A stretch of DNA of 64,000 bases from Pedobacter sp. GTDB lineage: Bacteria; Bacteroidota; Bacteroidia; Sphingobacteriales; Sphingobacteriaceae. The position numbers and the translations under genes are program-made. Of this stretch, positions 8,731 through 19,283 are shown piece after piece. Under the pieces are notes generated by a model, which saw only the letters and a program-made list of their open reading frames with translations, did no database searches and had not been told where the DNA came from. The stretch covers positions 325,574-389,573 of the forward strand of contig NZ_JBCNMT010000002.1 of NCBI RefSeq assembly GCF_039594775.1, in the 5' to 3' direction. Position 1 is the stretch's first letter. Every line of letters begins with the position of its first letter.

Positions 8731-9852
8731 TTATTTAATTTGGTATTTAGAAAGAATGCTTGTGATCTGGGGTGCCAATTGTTCTGCCATGCGATAAAAA
8801 CCAAGGTCGCTAGGGTGGGTGCCGTCTGTAGTGGCATCGTGGTCATCACCTAATAACTTTTCAGAAGTGATGAGGTAAATATCCTTCATTCCGGCATCTT
8901 TTAGGCGGTTAAATGCGGCAGTAGCTTCTTCATTTTGCCTTTTAACATTGTTTTGCACGCTCAAGTCAAAGTACCCGTGTTCTCTAATGATCGTTTGAAC
9001 TAAGATGATTGGCGCCTTGGGGTGTTTTTCCCTAATTGTTTTAATAAAATACTCTGTTCTTTCTTTAATTTGCTCAGGAGAAGGATTAGGGATGCAATCC
9101 AGTACAAAGGCATCAGCTTGTATATCGCTCACCATTCTAGCAGCAGCCTTTTCCATTTTTGCATTGCCGCTAATGCCCAAATTGATAAAGTATAGACCCG
9201 TTTTTCGGGAAAGCATGTTTGGGTAGGTCATACCCGATCTGCTGGCAGATGCGCCATGTACGATACTAGAACCATAAATCACAATCTTTTTTCTGAAAGG
9301 ATTTTCAAGACTAGTCATTTTGCTGCCTTCGTTGGTGCCAATTTCCAAACTTTTCAATTCATCATAAATAGGAAGAAAAAGCATACATTCCTTCTCGCTG
9401 TTGTCCATGTTTTTGGCTATGGTAAATTCATTACAGGTAGCGGAAGGTTTACCCACTCCGGCATACTGCCATTTTCCATCTTTTTTGATGTAAAGGTCTA
9501 ATCCTTTTTGTGCAATGAGCGTCATGTTGTTTGCTGGCTTCTTGTCGGTTACACACCATTTGGCGGCAATACTAGTACTGTTGGTTTTAAAGCAAATGGC
9601 TAGCCCAGTGGAGTTGGTAAGCAACTGTTTTACCACTGGAGGAAGATCATTGTATTTAGCGGTGTCAACGCGATGGTAAGGGGTAGGGGTGTTTGCTGCT
9701 TTTCCATATAGGTAAAAGTTGCTTGCATCCTGAAAAACCATTTTTTGAGCAGATACATGTTGAAATAAGACGATTGATAGGGCAAGGGCTAAGTAGATTC
9801 CTGCTTTTGATTTCTTTTTGTTCATTAGTTGGTTTAGGGAATTTGATTTCAA
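8731..9852 (-). CDS. SGNH/GDSL hydrolase family protein, secreted
   Basis: 373 aa. Block I IVIYGSSIVHGASAS and block V DGTHPSDLG. N-terminal hydrophobic signal. The alternative start MNKKKSK is at 9825. Confidence 0.8.
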   Translation of the reverse strand: MKSNSLNQLMNKKKSKAGIYLALALSIVLFQHVSAQKMVFQDASNFYLYGKAANTPTPYHRVDTAKYNDLPPVVKQLLTNSTGLAICFKTNSTSIAAKWCVTDKKPANNMTLIAQKGLDLYIKKDGKWQYAGVGKPSATCNEFTIAKNMDNSEKECMLFLPIYDELKSLEIGTNEGSKMTSLENPFRKKIVIYGSSIVHGASASRSGMTYPNMLSRKTGLYFINLGISGNAKMEKAAARMVSDIQADAFVLDCIPNPSPEQIKERTEYFIKTIREKHPKAPIILVQTIIREHGYFDLSVQNNVKRQNEEATAAFNRLKDAGMKDIYLITSEKLLGDDHDATTDGTHPSDLGFYRMAEQLAPQITSILSKYQIK

Positions 9853-9953
9853 TTATAATGGTTTTTAGGTTTAAACGAAACAAATCGTAAATAATTTAAT
9901 CATAAAGATAATAAAAATTAACATTAAGATAATATATCGAAATTTTTAAAGTT

Positions 9954-9982
9954 AAAAGGCATAAGAATTTCTTATGCCTTTT
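9954..9982. terminator. Bidirectional intrinsic terminator hairpin downstream of the prolyl oligopeptidase gene
   Basis: AAAAGGCATAAG-AATTT-CTTATGCCTTTT. Perfect 12-bp stem including A/T runs on both sides. Confidence 0.75.
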
Positions 9983-10002
9983 AAAATGCTTTATTAAGAG
10001 TA

Positions 10003-12123
10003 TTATTTTAGCTCTCTTACACCCATATTAAATAAGGTGAACGAAAGAATATCTGCAGCCTCTTCTATAGTTTTAGAAACAGGTTTGCCCGCTCCGTGGC
10101 CGGCATTGGTTTCAATACGGATAAGTACTGGGTTATTACCTTTCTGTTTGGCTTGTAACTCTGCCGCAAACTTAAAGCTATGTGCAGGAACCACTCGGTC
10201 ATCATGGTCGCCAGTAGTAATTAAAGTAGCCGGATAGCTTGTGCCTTCCTTCACATTGTGCACGGGCGAGTATTTTTTAAGGTACTCAAACATTTCCTTA
10301 GTGTCTTGAGCGGTACCATAATCATATGCCCATCCCGCACCAGCAGTAAAGGTGTGGTAACGTAACATGTCCAAAACGCCTACCGCTGGAAGCGCTACTT
10401 TCATGAGCTCTGGTCTTTGGGTCATGGTAGCACCTACCAAAAGACCTCCGTTAGAACCTCCACGAATAGCCAAATATTCTGATGAAGTATATTTCTGTGC
10501 AATGAGGTATTCAGCGGCCGCGATAAAATCATCAAATACATTCTGTTTTTTCATCTGGGTACCGTCATCATGCCATTTCTTCCCATACTCACCACCCCCA
10601 CGAAGATTAGGTACGGCGTAAATACCTCCTTGTTCTAACCATACTGCATTAGAAATACTGAAAGTGGGAGTGAGGCTTACGTTAAAACCTCCATATCCGT
10701 ACAGAATGGTAGGGTTGTTACCATCTAACTTTATTCCCTTTTTATAGGTAATGATCATGGGTACTTTTGTACCATCTTTTGAAGTATAGAAAATCTGTTT
10801 GCTTTCATAATCAGCACCGTTGAAATCTACTTTTGGTTTCTGGTATTCTGCAGATTTTCCCTCTTTTGCTTCAAAAGAATAGATAGTGCCTGGAGTAATG
10901 TAATTGGTGAAAGAATAATATAATTCCTTGTCTTCTCTTTTTCCACCAAAACCCCCAGCGGTGCCAAGTCCTGGTAATTTAATTTCGCGGAGCATTTTAC
11001 CATTGTAGTCATACTGTTTTACTTGCGAAACAGCATCTTTCATGTAATTGGCAAAAATATAACCCGAACCTGTAGATACTGAAAGCACATTTTCTGTTTC
11101 AGGAATAAAGTCTTTCCAATTGGCCGATTTTGGATTGGCTGCATCAACAGTTACCAGCTTTTGGTTTGGTGCTTTTAGGTTGGTAACAATATATAGTTTA
11201 GTACCTACATTGTCTAAGATATAGCTATCGCTGTCAAAATTATCGAGGATGTTAACAATTTTGCTGTCCGGAACGCTAAGGTCTTTAAAATATAATTCGT
11301 TTCCGGAAGTAGAGTTTGAAGCAGAAATTACCAAATATCTATCATCTTCGGTTACACTTGCGCCTACGTATCTACGTTTTTCATTTTGTCCAAAAATAAC
11401 TTTGTCATCTTTTTGCGAAGTGCCTAGCTGATGGAAATACAGTTTATGCTGATCGGTTTTAGCAGAAAGTTGGCTGCCTTTTGGTTTGTCGTAGCTCGAA
11501 TAGTAAAAGCCTTTGTTGCCAATCCAAGCAATGCCGCTAAACTTGACATCAACTAACTCGGCTTCTAGCTTTTTCTTGTTCGCCGCGTCCATAATGATGA
11601 TTTTATTCCAATCGCTGCCTGCTTCTGAAATTGAATAGGCTACTAAAGAACCATCTTTAGAAAACTCGACAGTCGATAGGGAAGTCGTTCCATCTTTCGA
11701 GAAAGTGTTTGGATCAAGAAAAACTTCCTCTTTTCCGTCCTTGTCTTTTCTATACATTACGGACTGGTTCTGCAAACCATTGTTCTTAAAGTAATAGGTG
11801 TAGTTTCCTTCTTGTGAAGGGGCCGAAATCTTTTCATAATTCCATAGCTTTTCCAGGCGGTCCTTCATCTCTTTTCGAAAAGGAATTTTTTCCAGATAAC
11901 CGAAAGTTACTTCATTTTCGGCTTTTACCCAAGCGGCAGTTTCGGCAGATTTATCATCTTCCAACCAACGGTAAGGGTCTTTTACTTCGGTTCCAAAGTA
12001 GGTGTCAACAGTGTCGACTTTTTTTGTTTCGGGATATTTTAACACGATGGGTTCTTCTTTTACTTTTTCTTTACACGACAGCAGTACTGATGCCGTAATT
12101 ACAGTTAACAGTAATTTATTCAT
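10003..12123 (-). CDS. Prolyl oligopeptidase (peptidase S9A), lipoprotein
   Basis: 706 aa. Signal [23 protein letters not shown] block, nucleophile block RGGSNGGLL, and [16 protein letters not shown] with the acid/His region. Confidence 0.9.
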   Translation of the reverse strand: MNKLLLTVITASVLLSCKEKVKEEPIVLKYPETKKVDTVDTYFGTEVKDPYRWLEDDKSAETAAWVKAENEVTFGYLEKIPFRKEMKDRLEKLWNYEKISAPSQEGNYTYYFKNNGLQNQSVMYRKDKDGKEEVFLDPNTFSKDGTTSLSTVEFSKDGSLVAYSISEAGSDWNKIIIMDAANKKKLEAELVDVKFSGIAWIGNKGFYYSSYDKPKGSQLSAKTDQHKLYFHQLGTSQKDDKVIFGQNEKRRYVGASVTEDDRYLVISASNSTSGNELYFKDLSVPDSKIVNILDNFDSDSYILDNVGTKLYIVTNLKAPNQKLVTVDAANPKSANWKDFIPETENVLSVSTGSGYIFANYMKDAVSQVKQYDYNGKMLREIKLPGLGTAGGFGGKREDKELYYSFTNYITPGTIYSFEAKEGKSAEYQKPKVDFNGADYESKQIFYTSKDGTKVPMIITYKKGIKLDGNNPTILYGYGGFNVSLTPTFSISNAVWLEQGGIYAVPNLRGGGEYGKKWHDDGTQMKKQNVFDDFIAAAEYLIAQKYTSSEYLAIRGGSNGGLLVGATMTQRPELMKVALPAVGVLDMLRYHTFTAGAGWAYDYGTAQDTKEMFEYLKKYSPVHNVKEGTSYPATLITTGDHDDRVVPAHSFKFAAELQAKQKGNNPVLIRIETNAGHGAGKPVSKTIEEAADILSFTLFNMGVRELK

Positions 12124-12235
12124 AAGGATTATATTTTGGTTATTGCTAAGTTAGTAAATCGATGGTAATTTATAGTGTCTAAGCACATGCGAACAACTCT
12201 GCTCATTTTTTTGATTTGCTTTTGAGCCATTTTTT

Positions 12236-12243
12236 TACCTTTG
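12236..12243 (+). promoter_or_regulatory. Bacteroidota -7 promoter box (TAnnTTTG) upstream of tdh
   Basis: TACCTTTG, 19 nt upstream of the ATG at 12262. Confidence 0.45.
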
Positions 12244-12261
12244 TCAAACTTCAGTTTATTC

Positions 12262-13206
12262 ATGAAAGATAAGATATTAGTTTTAGGCTCAAATGGGCAG
12301 ATAGGTACCGAGTTAGTGACGGCATTGCGTGCGGGCTACGGTAGTGATAATGTGATTGCTTGCGATATCCGTCGTCCAGATTATGAAATCAAAAATGCTG
12401 GACCGTTCGAGTTTGTGAACGTACTAGATAAGGATATTTTAAAGGCGATCTTTGAAAAATATAAACCTACACAGGTTTATCTGTTGGCGGCTTTGCTTTC
12501 GGCAACGGGCGAACAAAACCCAAAGCTGGCTTGGGACTTGAACATGAATGGTTTGTTGAATGTGTTGGATTTCGCTTTGGCGTACAAAACTTCAAAGGTT
12601 TATTGGCCAAGCTCCATTGCCGTTTTTGGCCCTAATTCTCCAAAACAGCAAACACCGCAATATTGTACCATGGACCCTAACACCATTTACGGTATCAGTA
12701 AATTGGCAGGTGAACGTTGGTGCGAGTATTATCACCAAAAATATGGTCTAGATGTAAGGAGTATTCGTTATCCAGGATTGATCAGCTGGAAAGCAGCGCC
12801 AGGCGGGGGTACTACAGATTACGCAGTGCATATTTTCCATGAAGCCCTGAAAAAAGGAAGCTACGCTTCGTTCCTGTCGGCAGAAACGGAATTGCCAATG
12901 ATGTATATGGATGATGCCATAAGAGGTACTATTGAATTAATGGATGCTCCAGCGGAGCAATTAAGCATTCGTTCTAGCTATAACTTTGCTGGAATTAGTT
13001 TCACACCAGAAGTTTTAGCAGCTGAAATTAGAAAGTATATCCCTGATTTTAAGCTTACTTATGCAGAGAATGATCCTCGACAACAAATTGCAGATAGCTG
13101 GCCAAAATCAATTGACGATAGCTATGCAAAAAAAGAGTGGAGCTGGAAGCCTGAATTTGATTTGGCTAAAATGACCGCAGATATGTTAACGAACTTAAAA
13201 AAATAG
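12262..13206 (+). CDS. tdh: NAD-dependent epimerase/dehydratase-type (SDR) L-threonine 3-dehydrogenase
   Basis: ILVLGSNGQIGTEL Rossmann block, YGISK (YxxxK), PGGGTTDYAV block. I prefer ATG at 12262 because the TTG at 12241 overlaps a TAnnTTTG promoter box. Confidence 0.7.
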   Translation: MKDKILVLGSNGQIGTELVTALRAGYGSDNVIACDIRRPDYEIKNAGPFEFVNVLDKDILKAIFEKYKPTQVYLLAALLSATGEQNPKLAWDLNMNGLLNVLDFALAYKTSKVYWPSSIAVFGPNSPKQQTPQYCTMDPNTIYGISKLAGERWCEYYHQKYGLDVRSIRYPGLISWKAAPGGGTTDYAVHIFHEALKKGSYASFLSAETELPMMYMDDAIRGTIELMDAPAEQLSIRSSYNFAGISFTPEVLAAEIRKYIPDFKLTYAENDPRQQIADSWPKSIDDSYAKKEWSWKPEFDLAKMTADMLTNLKK

Positions 13207-13401
13207 AAAAGTGTTTGGCGTATAGCGTTGGGTGTTTAATCCACTTTCCGCTTATCGCTTGACTCAAAAAATAAAAAGATAAATTAAGGTATAGAGAGGT
13301 AAGGTATAATGTTAGGGTGTAAGACATAAAGCATAAGGCTTTGTTTAACTACTAGTCCCTAAAAACTAACTACTAACCACTAGCCACTAATTACTATAAC
13401 C

Positions 13402-14130
13402 ATGGGAAGAGCATTCGAATTTAGAAAAGAAAGAAAATTTAAGCGTTGGGCCAAAATGGCAGTACAGTTTACCCGTATTGGTAAGGATATTGTAATTGCC
13501 GTTAAAGAAGGTGGACCACATCCGGAAACAAACTCTCGTTTACGTACAGCGATACAAAATGCTAAGGCAGTAAATATGCCTAAAGATAGGGTAGATGCTG
13601 CAATTAAACGTGCTTCTGATAAGTCAATGGCTAACTATGAGGAGATTGTGTATGAAGGATACGCCCCGCATGGTGTGGCTGTATTGATTGAAACTGCAAC
13701 TGATAATACCAACCGTACGGTAGCTAATGTGCGTAGCTATTTCAATAAAACCAATGGTTCTTTGGGAAAAACAGGTTCTTTGGATTTCGTTTTCAACAGA
13801 AAATCTATTTTCAGATTTGCACCTACTGAAGAATTGGATTTGGAAGAATTGGAGTTTGAATTGATTGACGCTGGTTTAGAGGAGCTTTACGTAGAGGCTG
13901 ACGAAGAAGGAAACGATATTGTAGTGGCTCAAGGTGCGTTTGAGAATTTTGGTTCTCTGCAAAAAGCATTGGAGGAGAAAGGCATTGAGCTGAAGAGCTC
14001 TAAATTGGAGCGTATTGCTTTGTCTCATCATGAAGTAACCGAAGAACAAGCTGCGGACGTATTAAAGCTAATTGATAAGCTTGAAGAGGACGACGATGTT
14101 CAGGCGGTTTATCATAACATGGCTGAGTAG
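13402..14130 (+). CDS. YebC/PmpR family DNA-binding transcriptional regulator
   Basis: 242 aa. N-terminus MGRAFEFRKERKFKRWAKMAVQFTRIGK, plus EGYAPHGVAVLIE and DDVQAVYHN. Confidence 0.9.
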   Translation: MGRAFEFRKERKFKRWAKMAVQFTRIGKDIVIAVKEGGPHPETNSRLRTAIQNAKAVNMPKDRVDAAIKRASDKSMANYEEIVYEGYAPHGVAVLIETATDNTNRTVANVRSYFNKTNGSLGKTGSLDFVFNRKSIFRFAPTEELDLEELEFELIDAGLEELYVEADEEGNDIVVAQGAFENFGSLQKALEEKGIELKSSKLERIALSHHEVTEEQAADVLKLIDKLEEDDDVQAVYHNMAE

Positions 14131-14170
14131 ATTAGGATATAAAATTTATTTAGGCATCTTTTAATTGATC

Positions 14171-14206
14171 AAACCTCGTAGGTTTTTAAAACCTACGAGG
14201 TTTTTT
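14171..14206. repeat. Palindromic repeat family P, copy 1 (also works as a bidirectional terminator-like hairpin)
   Basis: AAACCTCGTAGGTTTTTAAAACCTACGAGGTTTTTT, between convergent yebC-like and DUF1569 genes. Confidence 0.85.
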
Positions 14207-14216
14207 ATTAGAAGCC

Positions 14217-14675
14217 TTATACCCCAAACTGCTTAAGGTGGTGGTCAAGATGTTTGTAAAACATGTTGTTCCATTCGTTATCACTAAGAGGGCCAAATGA
14301 ATGAGACATTTTACCGTCGAAAATATAAGCACCTAATACCTGAGTTTCTCTGATATAGTTTACCAAGCGTTTCTTTTCTGTTTCAAAATCCCTCTCATCG
14401 CTGATCAAAAAGGCTGGGGCGGTTTTGGAGCTCTTAGGATAGGGCTTATCGGTCACTACTGCTTTCTTCACGAAAGATTTCAAGATGAACCGCATGAAGA
14501 AGCCAGGTTTCGGATGTTTATCAGTATACACCATTTCGTAGGCTACACAGCAATGTGCCAGCATTTGCGCGACGTTCATTTTGCCCCATAGCGGTTGCGA
14601 ACTAGGTGTTAGCTTATTAATTCTTTCAATAACACCTTCGACTACTTCTTTGGTAAAAAGATTAGGTAAGTCCAT
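14217..14675 (-). CDS. DUF1569 (DinB-like) domain protein
   Basis: 152 aa. WGKMNVAQMLAHC and C-terminal HLDHHLKQFGV resemble DUF1569/DinB-fold proteins. Recognised by pattern only. Confidence 0.6.
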   Translation of the reverse strand: MDLPNLFTKEVVEGVIERINKLTPSSQPLWGKMNVAQMLAHCCVAYEMVYTDKHPKPGFFMRFILKSFVKKAVVTDKPYPKSSKTAPAFLISDERDFETEKKRLVNYIRETQVLGAYIFDGKMSHSFGPLSDNEWNNMFYKHLDHHLKQFGV

Positions 14676-14700
14676 TGTTTATATTTTTTACGAAGCTAAT

Positions 14701-15477
14701 TTATTTTTTGTGTGAAAGCAACCAAGGTAATAAACCTGGTTCGGCAAAAGCACTATCCCAGCTGTTATGATTAGCTTTTAGATAAACCGTAAACTTTGGC
14801 ATGTTGCCTAACTTTCTGAGTTCGCGATAAACGCCATAAGAAAATTGTGGGGTAACTACATCATCTAGGCCACCGTGGAAAATCCATAAAGGTACATGCT
14901 TATACTTTTTGGCATTTTGCACATTGTCACCACCGCAAATGGCAAATGCAGCGGCAAAGGTATTGGGTTTTCTTCGTAATATTTCAAAAGTTCCCATGCC
15001 GCCCATTGATAAACCGCCTACATAAATTTTGGTAGGATCTACAAAGCTATTTTTAAAGTAGCTGTTAGTAAATTGAAGCACTAAGTTCATGGCTTTGGTA
15101 GGTTTGCCACCTTTCACGAAAGTGAAGAAACGCTTGGTGTTTACAGTGTCGATTTCTACATTGGCCCAATAACTGTTGGAAGCACATTGTGGAAATATGG
15201 TAATTACTTCATTATTATTCCTGAAATTTTCATCTAAAAATAGTTTGCCTCCATTTGTCAGTTGTTTTTCATTGTCGTTGCCACTTTCGCCACGTCCATG
15301 TAAGAAAAGGATTACAGGGTATTTTTTCTGACTATCGAAGTTTTTGGGATAAAGTATGCGATATTTCAAGGTATCGCCATTAGTAATAAAAGCTTCTTTT
15401 TTGTATAAGGAAAGGTCTTGTGCAAATGCAGCGTTGCAAAGGAAAAATAATAGGAGAAATATACTTGTTCTTTTCAT
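14701..15477 (-). CDS. Secreted alpha/beta hydrolase (carboxylesterase/phospholipase-type esterase)
   Basis: 258 aa. Signal peptide ending AFAQ. YPVILFLHGRGESG, nucleophile elbow GGLSMGG, HGGLDDVV. Confidence 0.75.
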   Translation of the reverse strand: MKRTSIFLLLFFLCNAAFAQDLSLYKKEAFITNGDTLKYRILYPKNFDSQKKYPVILFLHGRGESGNDNEKQLTNGGKLFLDENFRNNNEVITIFPQCASNSYWANVEIDTVNTKRFFTFVKGGKPTKAMNLVLQFTNSYFKNSFVDPTKIYVGGLSMGGMGTFEILRRKPNTFAAAFAICGGDNVQNAKKYKHVPLWIFHGGLDDVVTPQFSYGVYRELRKLGNMPKFTVYLKANHNSWDSAFAEPGLLPWLLSHKK

Positions 15478-15512
15478 ATTGAGTCCAATTTAGTCATTTC
15501 AATAGTCTGCTT

Positions 15513-15588
15513 CGTCATTTCGACGGTAGGAGACTAGCATTATGCTGTAAAGTCGCTGGATTTCTCCTCATTCTTCGTCGAAATGACG
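15513..15588. repeat. MITE-like element E, copy 2
   Basis: Left end CGTCATTTCGAC. Right end GGATTTCTCCTCATTCTTCGTCGAAATGACG, about 30 nt nearly identical to the right arm of copy 1. Lies between the esterase and GH3 genes. Confidence 0.8.
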
Positions 15589-15595
15589 AGAGTGC

Positions 15596-15632
15596 TAAGA
15601 CTTACGAAATTTTCGAAACTTTGTAAGTCTTT
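15596..15632. repeat. Palindrome with the same architecture as family P (arm-TTTTCGAAA-arm) but different arms
   Basis: TAAGACTTACGAAATTTTCGAAACTTTGTAAGTCTTA, just downstream of the GH3 gene stop. Confidence 0.6.
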
Positions 15633-15644
15633 AAAACTTTCAAA

Positions 15645-17936
15645 TTACTTTAATAACTTAAAATCAACTTCTTTAACATCTCTAGAATTTGTCCCCACAA
15701 ATGCTTTAAAATCCCCAACTTCGGAAATAAATTTAAGTTCGCTGTTGTAGAATCTCAACATTTCTTCTGAGATGGTGAAGCTCACGTTTTTGGTTTCGCC
15801 GGGTTGAAGGTTAATTTTCTGGAAGCCTTTCAGTTCTTTTACGGGTCTAGTGCTCGTGCCTACTAAATCGCGAATATATAGCTGAACAACTTCTTCGCCT
15901 GCTCGTTTGCCGCTATTGGTTACGGTAGTGCTTACCGTTATTTTTTGTCCAGGTTTAAAGCTGTTATTGCTGATTTTGATATCGCCATAGGTAAAAGAGG
16001 TGTAACTTAAACCATAGCCAAATGGATATAATGGCTCATTGCTTACATCTAAATAGTTAGAAAGGAAACGAGTAAACCATTTATTGTTGCCCAGTGGACG
16101 ACCGGTCATTTTATGTGCATAGTACAACGGTATTTGACCCACATTTTGTGGAAACGTCATCGTGATTTTACCAGACGGATTTACATCGCCAAACAATACA
16201 TCGCCAATGGCATGTGCCGCTTCAACACCACCAAACCAAACGTTTAAAATAGCGGGTACATTTTGTTGTTCCCAGGTTAAGGTCATTGGTCGGCCCGCAA
16301 ATAAAACCAATACTACAGGTTTGCCCGTTTGTAATAAAGCAGCCAATAATCTTCTCTGAGTATCAGGAATGCCAATATCGGTGCGACTTGAACTTTCGCC
16401 ACTCATTTCAGAGGCTTCACCCAATGCTGCAACTACTACATCTGCTTTTTCTGCAACCTTTACCGCTTCTGCAATAATTTCACTTTCCGGACGGTTATCT
16501 CTCGGAATATCACGGCCGTGGGCAGTACCCCAAATTTGCTGGTTAGGGTCGCCAATTAGGTTGGAACCTAAAGCGTGTAATATTTTTACGTCTTTGCCAG
16601 CTACGGTGGTTAAGCCTTCCAATAAGGTCGGAATACGGGCAAAGTCGGCATTTACGCTCCAGGTACCCGGCATGTTTGATCTGGTGTTAGCCAAAGGACC
16701 TACTAAGGCAATGGTACCTTTTTTCTGCAAAGGAAGGGTTTGATTTTCATTTTTTAACAATACAAAAGTCTTGGTAGCCGTTTCACGGGCAAACTTTAAG
16801 TTGTCTGCAGTTAAAATTTCTTTGGCAGCTCTTTCTTCGCTGCAATATTTAAATGGGTCATCAAACAGACCTAACTTATACTTTGCTTCCAAAATTAAAC
16901 GGCAGGCGTTGTTGATTTGGGCAATGGTTACTTTACCTTCTTTTAATGATTGATTAAGAGTGGTTAAAAAGCCTTCGCTTACCATATCCATATCTGTTCC
17001 TGCTTTTAAGGCCAAGCCTGATACTGCTTTTAAATCGCCTAAACCGTGGGCTACCAGTTCGCTAACACCGGTATAATCGGAAGCTACAAAACCTGTAAAG
17101 CCCCATTGTTTTCTCAAAAGATCGGTTAATAGCCATTTATTGGCCGTAGCAGGTACACCGTTAATGTCGTTAAAAGAAACCATTACACTTCCTGCTCCGG
17201 CATCTATTGCCGCTTTGTATGGTGGAAGGTACTCATTGTACATCCTATCTAAGCTCATATCGGTAGTGTTGTAGTCTCTACCACCTTCAGAAGCACCGTA
17301 TAAAGCCAAGTGCTTTACACAGGCCATCATAGTATTTACGGCTTTCAAATCGTTACCTTGATAACCTTTAACCATGGCTTTGGCAATGGCAGAACTTAAG
17401 AATGGGTCTTCTCCATTTCCTTCGGCTACACGGCCCCAACGTGGATCGCGAGCCAAATCAACCATTGGTGAAAAGGTCCAGTTTAAACCATCTGCAGTGG
17501 CTTCAGTGGCCGCTACTCTTGCTGTTTTTTCAATTAAAGGCATATCCCAGCTGGCTGCTAAGGCCAATGGAATAGGAAAGGTGGTTTTATAACCGTGGAT
17601 TACATCTTGTCCAAAAATCAGAGGAATTTTTAATCGGCTACGCATAGCAATTTCTTGTGCCTTGCGGATTTTTTGAGGCGTCGTTAAACTGAAAATCCCG
17701 CCAACATTTCCTTTGGCAATTTTAGCTTCTACACCGGTGCTTACTGCTGCCCCCGTGGTTGCTTCGCCGCCAGTAACCAAGTTCAATTGCCCAATTTTTT
17801 CATCGATTGTCATTTTGGCCATGAGGTTTTTGACAAAAGCATCCATTTTCTGTTTCTCGGTAGAAACTGTTTTTGCTTTTTGTGCAAAAGCAGGTAAAGT
17901 TAGGGCTGCGGCAAATGCTATAATGATTTTCTTCAT
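15645..17936 (-). CDS. bglX: Glycoside hydrolase family 3 beta-glucosidase (BglX-like), periplasmic
   Basis: 763 aa with signal peptide. GH3 blocks IFGQDVIHG, RDPRWGRVAEG, KHLALYG, GFVASDY (nucleophile region), and a C-terminal fibronectin-like domain. Confidence 0.9.
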   Translation of the reverse strand: MKKIIIAFAAALTLPAFAQKAKTVSTEKQKMDAFVKNLMAKMTIDEKIGQLNLVTGGEATTGAAVSTGVEAKIAKGNVGGIFSLTTPQKIRKAQEIAMRSRLKIPLIFGQDVIHGYKTTFPIPLALAASWDMPLIEKTARVAATEATADGLNWTFSPMVDLARDPRWGRVAEGNGEDPFLSSAIAKAMVKGYQGNDLKAVNTMMACVKHLALYGASEGGRDYNTTDMSLDRMYNEYLPPYKAAIDAGAGSVMVSFNDINGVPATANKWLLTDLLRKQWGFTGFVASDYTGVSELVAHGLGDLKAVSGLALKAGTDMDMVSEGFLTTLNQSLKEGKVTIAQINNACRLILEAKYKLGLFDDPFKYCSEERAAKEILTADNLKFARETATKTFVLLKNENQTLPLQKKGTIALVGPLANTRSNMPGTWSVNADFARIPTLLEGLTTVAGKDVKILHALGSNLIGDPNQQIWGTAHGRDIPRDNRPESEIIAEAVKVAEKADVVVAALGEASEMSGESSSRTDIGIPDTQRRLLAALLQTGKPVVLVLFAGRPMTLTWEQQNVPAILNVWFGGVEAAHAIGDVLFGDVNPSGKITMTFPQNVGQIPLYYAHKMTGRPLGNNKWFTRFLSNYLDVSNEPLYPFGYGLSYTSFTYGDIKISNNSFKPGQKITVSTTVTNSGKRAGEEVVQLYIRDLVGTSTRPVKELKGFQKINLQPGETKNVSFTISEEMLRFYNSELKFISEVGDFKAFVGTNSRDVKEVDFKLLK

Positions 17937-17946
17937 GCTATAATCT

Positions 17947-19272
17947 CTATTTTGAATAGGTAAAACCTAGTTTAGTTAATCCTGTTTGTATCTCTGGTGC
18001 GCTCATGAAAAGTTTCCACAACAATCCTGTTCGGCCATTTTCTATCATCACTACAATAGGACCTTGGTCAATACCGATGTATCTTTTGGGGTACCAGTTA
18101 GCAGTTTCGCTGTAAGCATCGTAAAATCCGAATTCGCCCCAAACTTTGTCTTTCATGTCTTCATACAAATGTCTCATCACTTGCATACTTTCCTTTGGTG
18201 CATAAGGATAGGAGGAGAGTGCTGCCGTTGGACTGATTACACCAAAATCTTCATTGGGCATGTGCGCCGCATAACCTTTTACCGAATAGCTGGCTGTTAA
18301 GCCCCATGAATTTTTACCATAACCTTTGTAGCCCTTTGGATTGGCAATGGCGTAATCGTAGTTAATTAAGGTATGGCTTTTGTTTTCTTCCCAATAATCA
18401 GCGTACTTATCTTTTAAACCTTTTGGATTTAAGCCGAGATAGGAGTAGTGTGCCCAAAAAAGTGGTCCAACGCTTTCACCTACTACATTGTGTTTTAACT
18501 TAACAGGATGACCATATAGATTAATGTTGGTATTGATGGCACCACTTTTAGCCCAACCTTGGTGATAAACCTCTGGAGGGACACCATGCGTAGGAGAACA
18601 TGCGGCCATAATGTAAGTGATCAAGCATTCGTTATAACCGGTAATAGCAAAGTTCATTTTCCAGCCAGAATTTGGCGACCAATGCCAGTATAATACGTTT
18701 TCATTATTTTTTCTATAGAAATTCCAATCAATACCTTTCCATAGTTCATCAGCTTTTTGGGCCAAAGCTTTTTCTTGGTCATTTCCTTTGGCATAGTACT
18801 GGCGTACGCAAACTAATGCTTGAGCCAAAAAAGAAGTTTCTACCAGATCGCCGGCATCATCGTTTTTACCAAAAGCTTTTGCTTTACCACTTGGTAATAT
18901 CCAGTGAGGCCAAACCCCATGAAATCTATCGGCTTTTGCCAAAAAATCAATGCCTTTTTTAAGATGGGTATAACCTTGTTCACGAGTAATGAACTTACGT
19001 TCTATCGCTACTATGGTTCCCATGATCCCAAAGCCGCTGGCCCCAGTGGCAATTACGTCTTTGTCGTTTTGTGGATAGATATTGTCGCTATGGTAGCGTT
19101 CTCTAGAAAGACCTGAAATGGGTTCTGCACCTTCGTAAAAATATTTGTAGGTTTGTTTTTGTACCAGCGTTAATAACTCATCATCTGAGAGTTTTTGACT
19201 TTGATTGCTGGTTTTACTTACCGAGCAGCTTCCTAAAAGGGCAATGATGGGAATAAAGTACTTTAATTTCAT
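17947..19272 (-). CDS. Glucoamylase-family (PF10091-like, GH144-type endo-beta-1,2-glucanase candidate) lipoprotein
   Basis: 441 aa. Signal ...IIALLGSCS. Shares blocks LSDDELLTLVQKQT, GDLVETS, YWHWSPN, GYNE-LITY-SPTH and IDQGPIVVMIEN with the neighbouring paralog. Confidence 0.7.
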   Translation of the reverse strand: MKLKYFIPIIALLGSCSVSKTSNQSQKLSDDELLTLVQKQTYKYFYEGAEPISGLSRERYHSDNIYPQNDKDVIATGASGFGIMGTIVAIERKFITREQGYTHLKKGIDFLAKADRFHGVWPHWILPSGKAKAFGKNDDAGDLVETSFLAQALVCVRQYYAKGNDQEKALAQKADELWKGIDWNFYRKNNENVLYWHWSPNSGWKMNFAITGYNECLITYIMAACSPTHGVPPEVYHQGWAKSGAINTNINLYGHPVKLKHNVVGESVGPLFWAHYSYLGLNPKGLKDKYADYWEENKSHTLINYDYAIANPKGYKGYGKNSWGLTASYSVKGYAAHMPNEDFGVISPTAALSSYPYAPKESMQVMRHLYEDMKDKVWGEFGFYDAYSETANWYPKRYIGIDQGPIVVMIENGRTGLLWKLFMSAPEIQTGLTKLGFTYSK

Positions 19273-19283
19273 TTGTGTGTATA

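Noticed and set aside
12241-12261. TTG start for tdh as given in the track
   Set aside because: The TTG lies inside a TACCTTTG promoter-like box. The ATG at 12262 gives the conserved MKDKILVLGSNGQIGTEL N-terminus.
16369-16743. 124-aa plus-strand ORF, and many similar 60-170-aa ORFs antisense to long genes (e.g. 43247-43633, 44743-45240, 59621-60133, 36499-37106, 63082-63420)
   Set aside because: These are shadow ORFs on the strand opposite well-supported genes. Their translations are low-complexity (S/P/A/L-rich) with no recognisable motifs.
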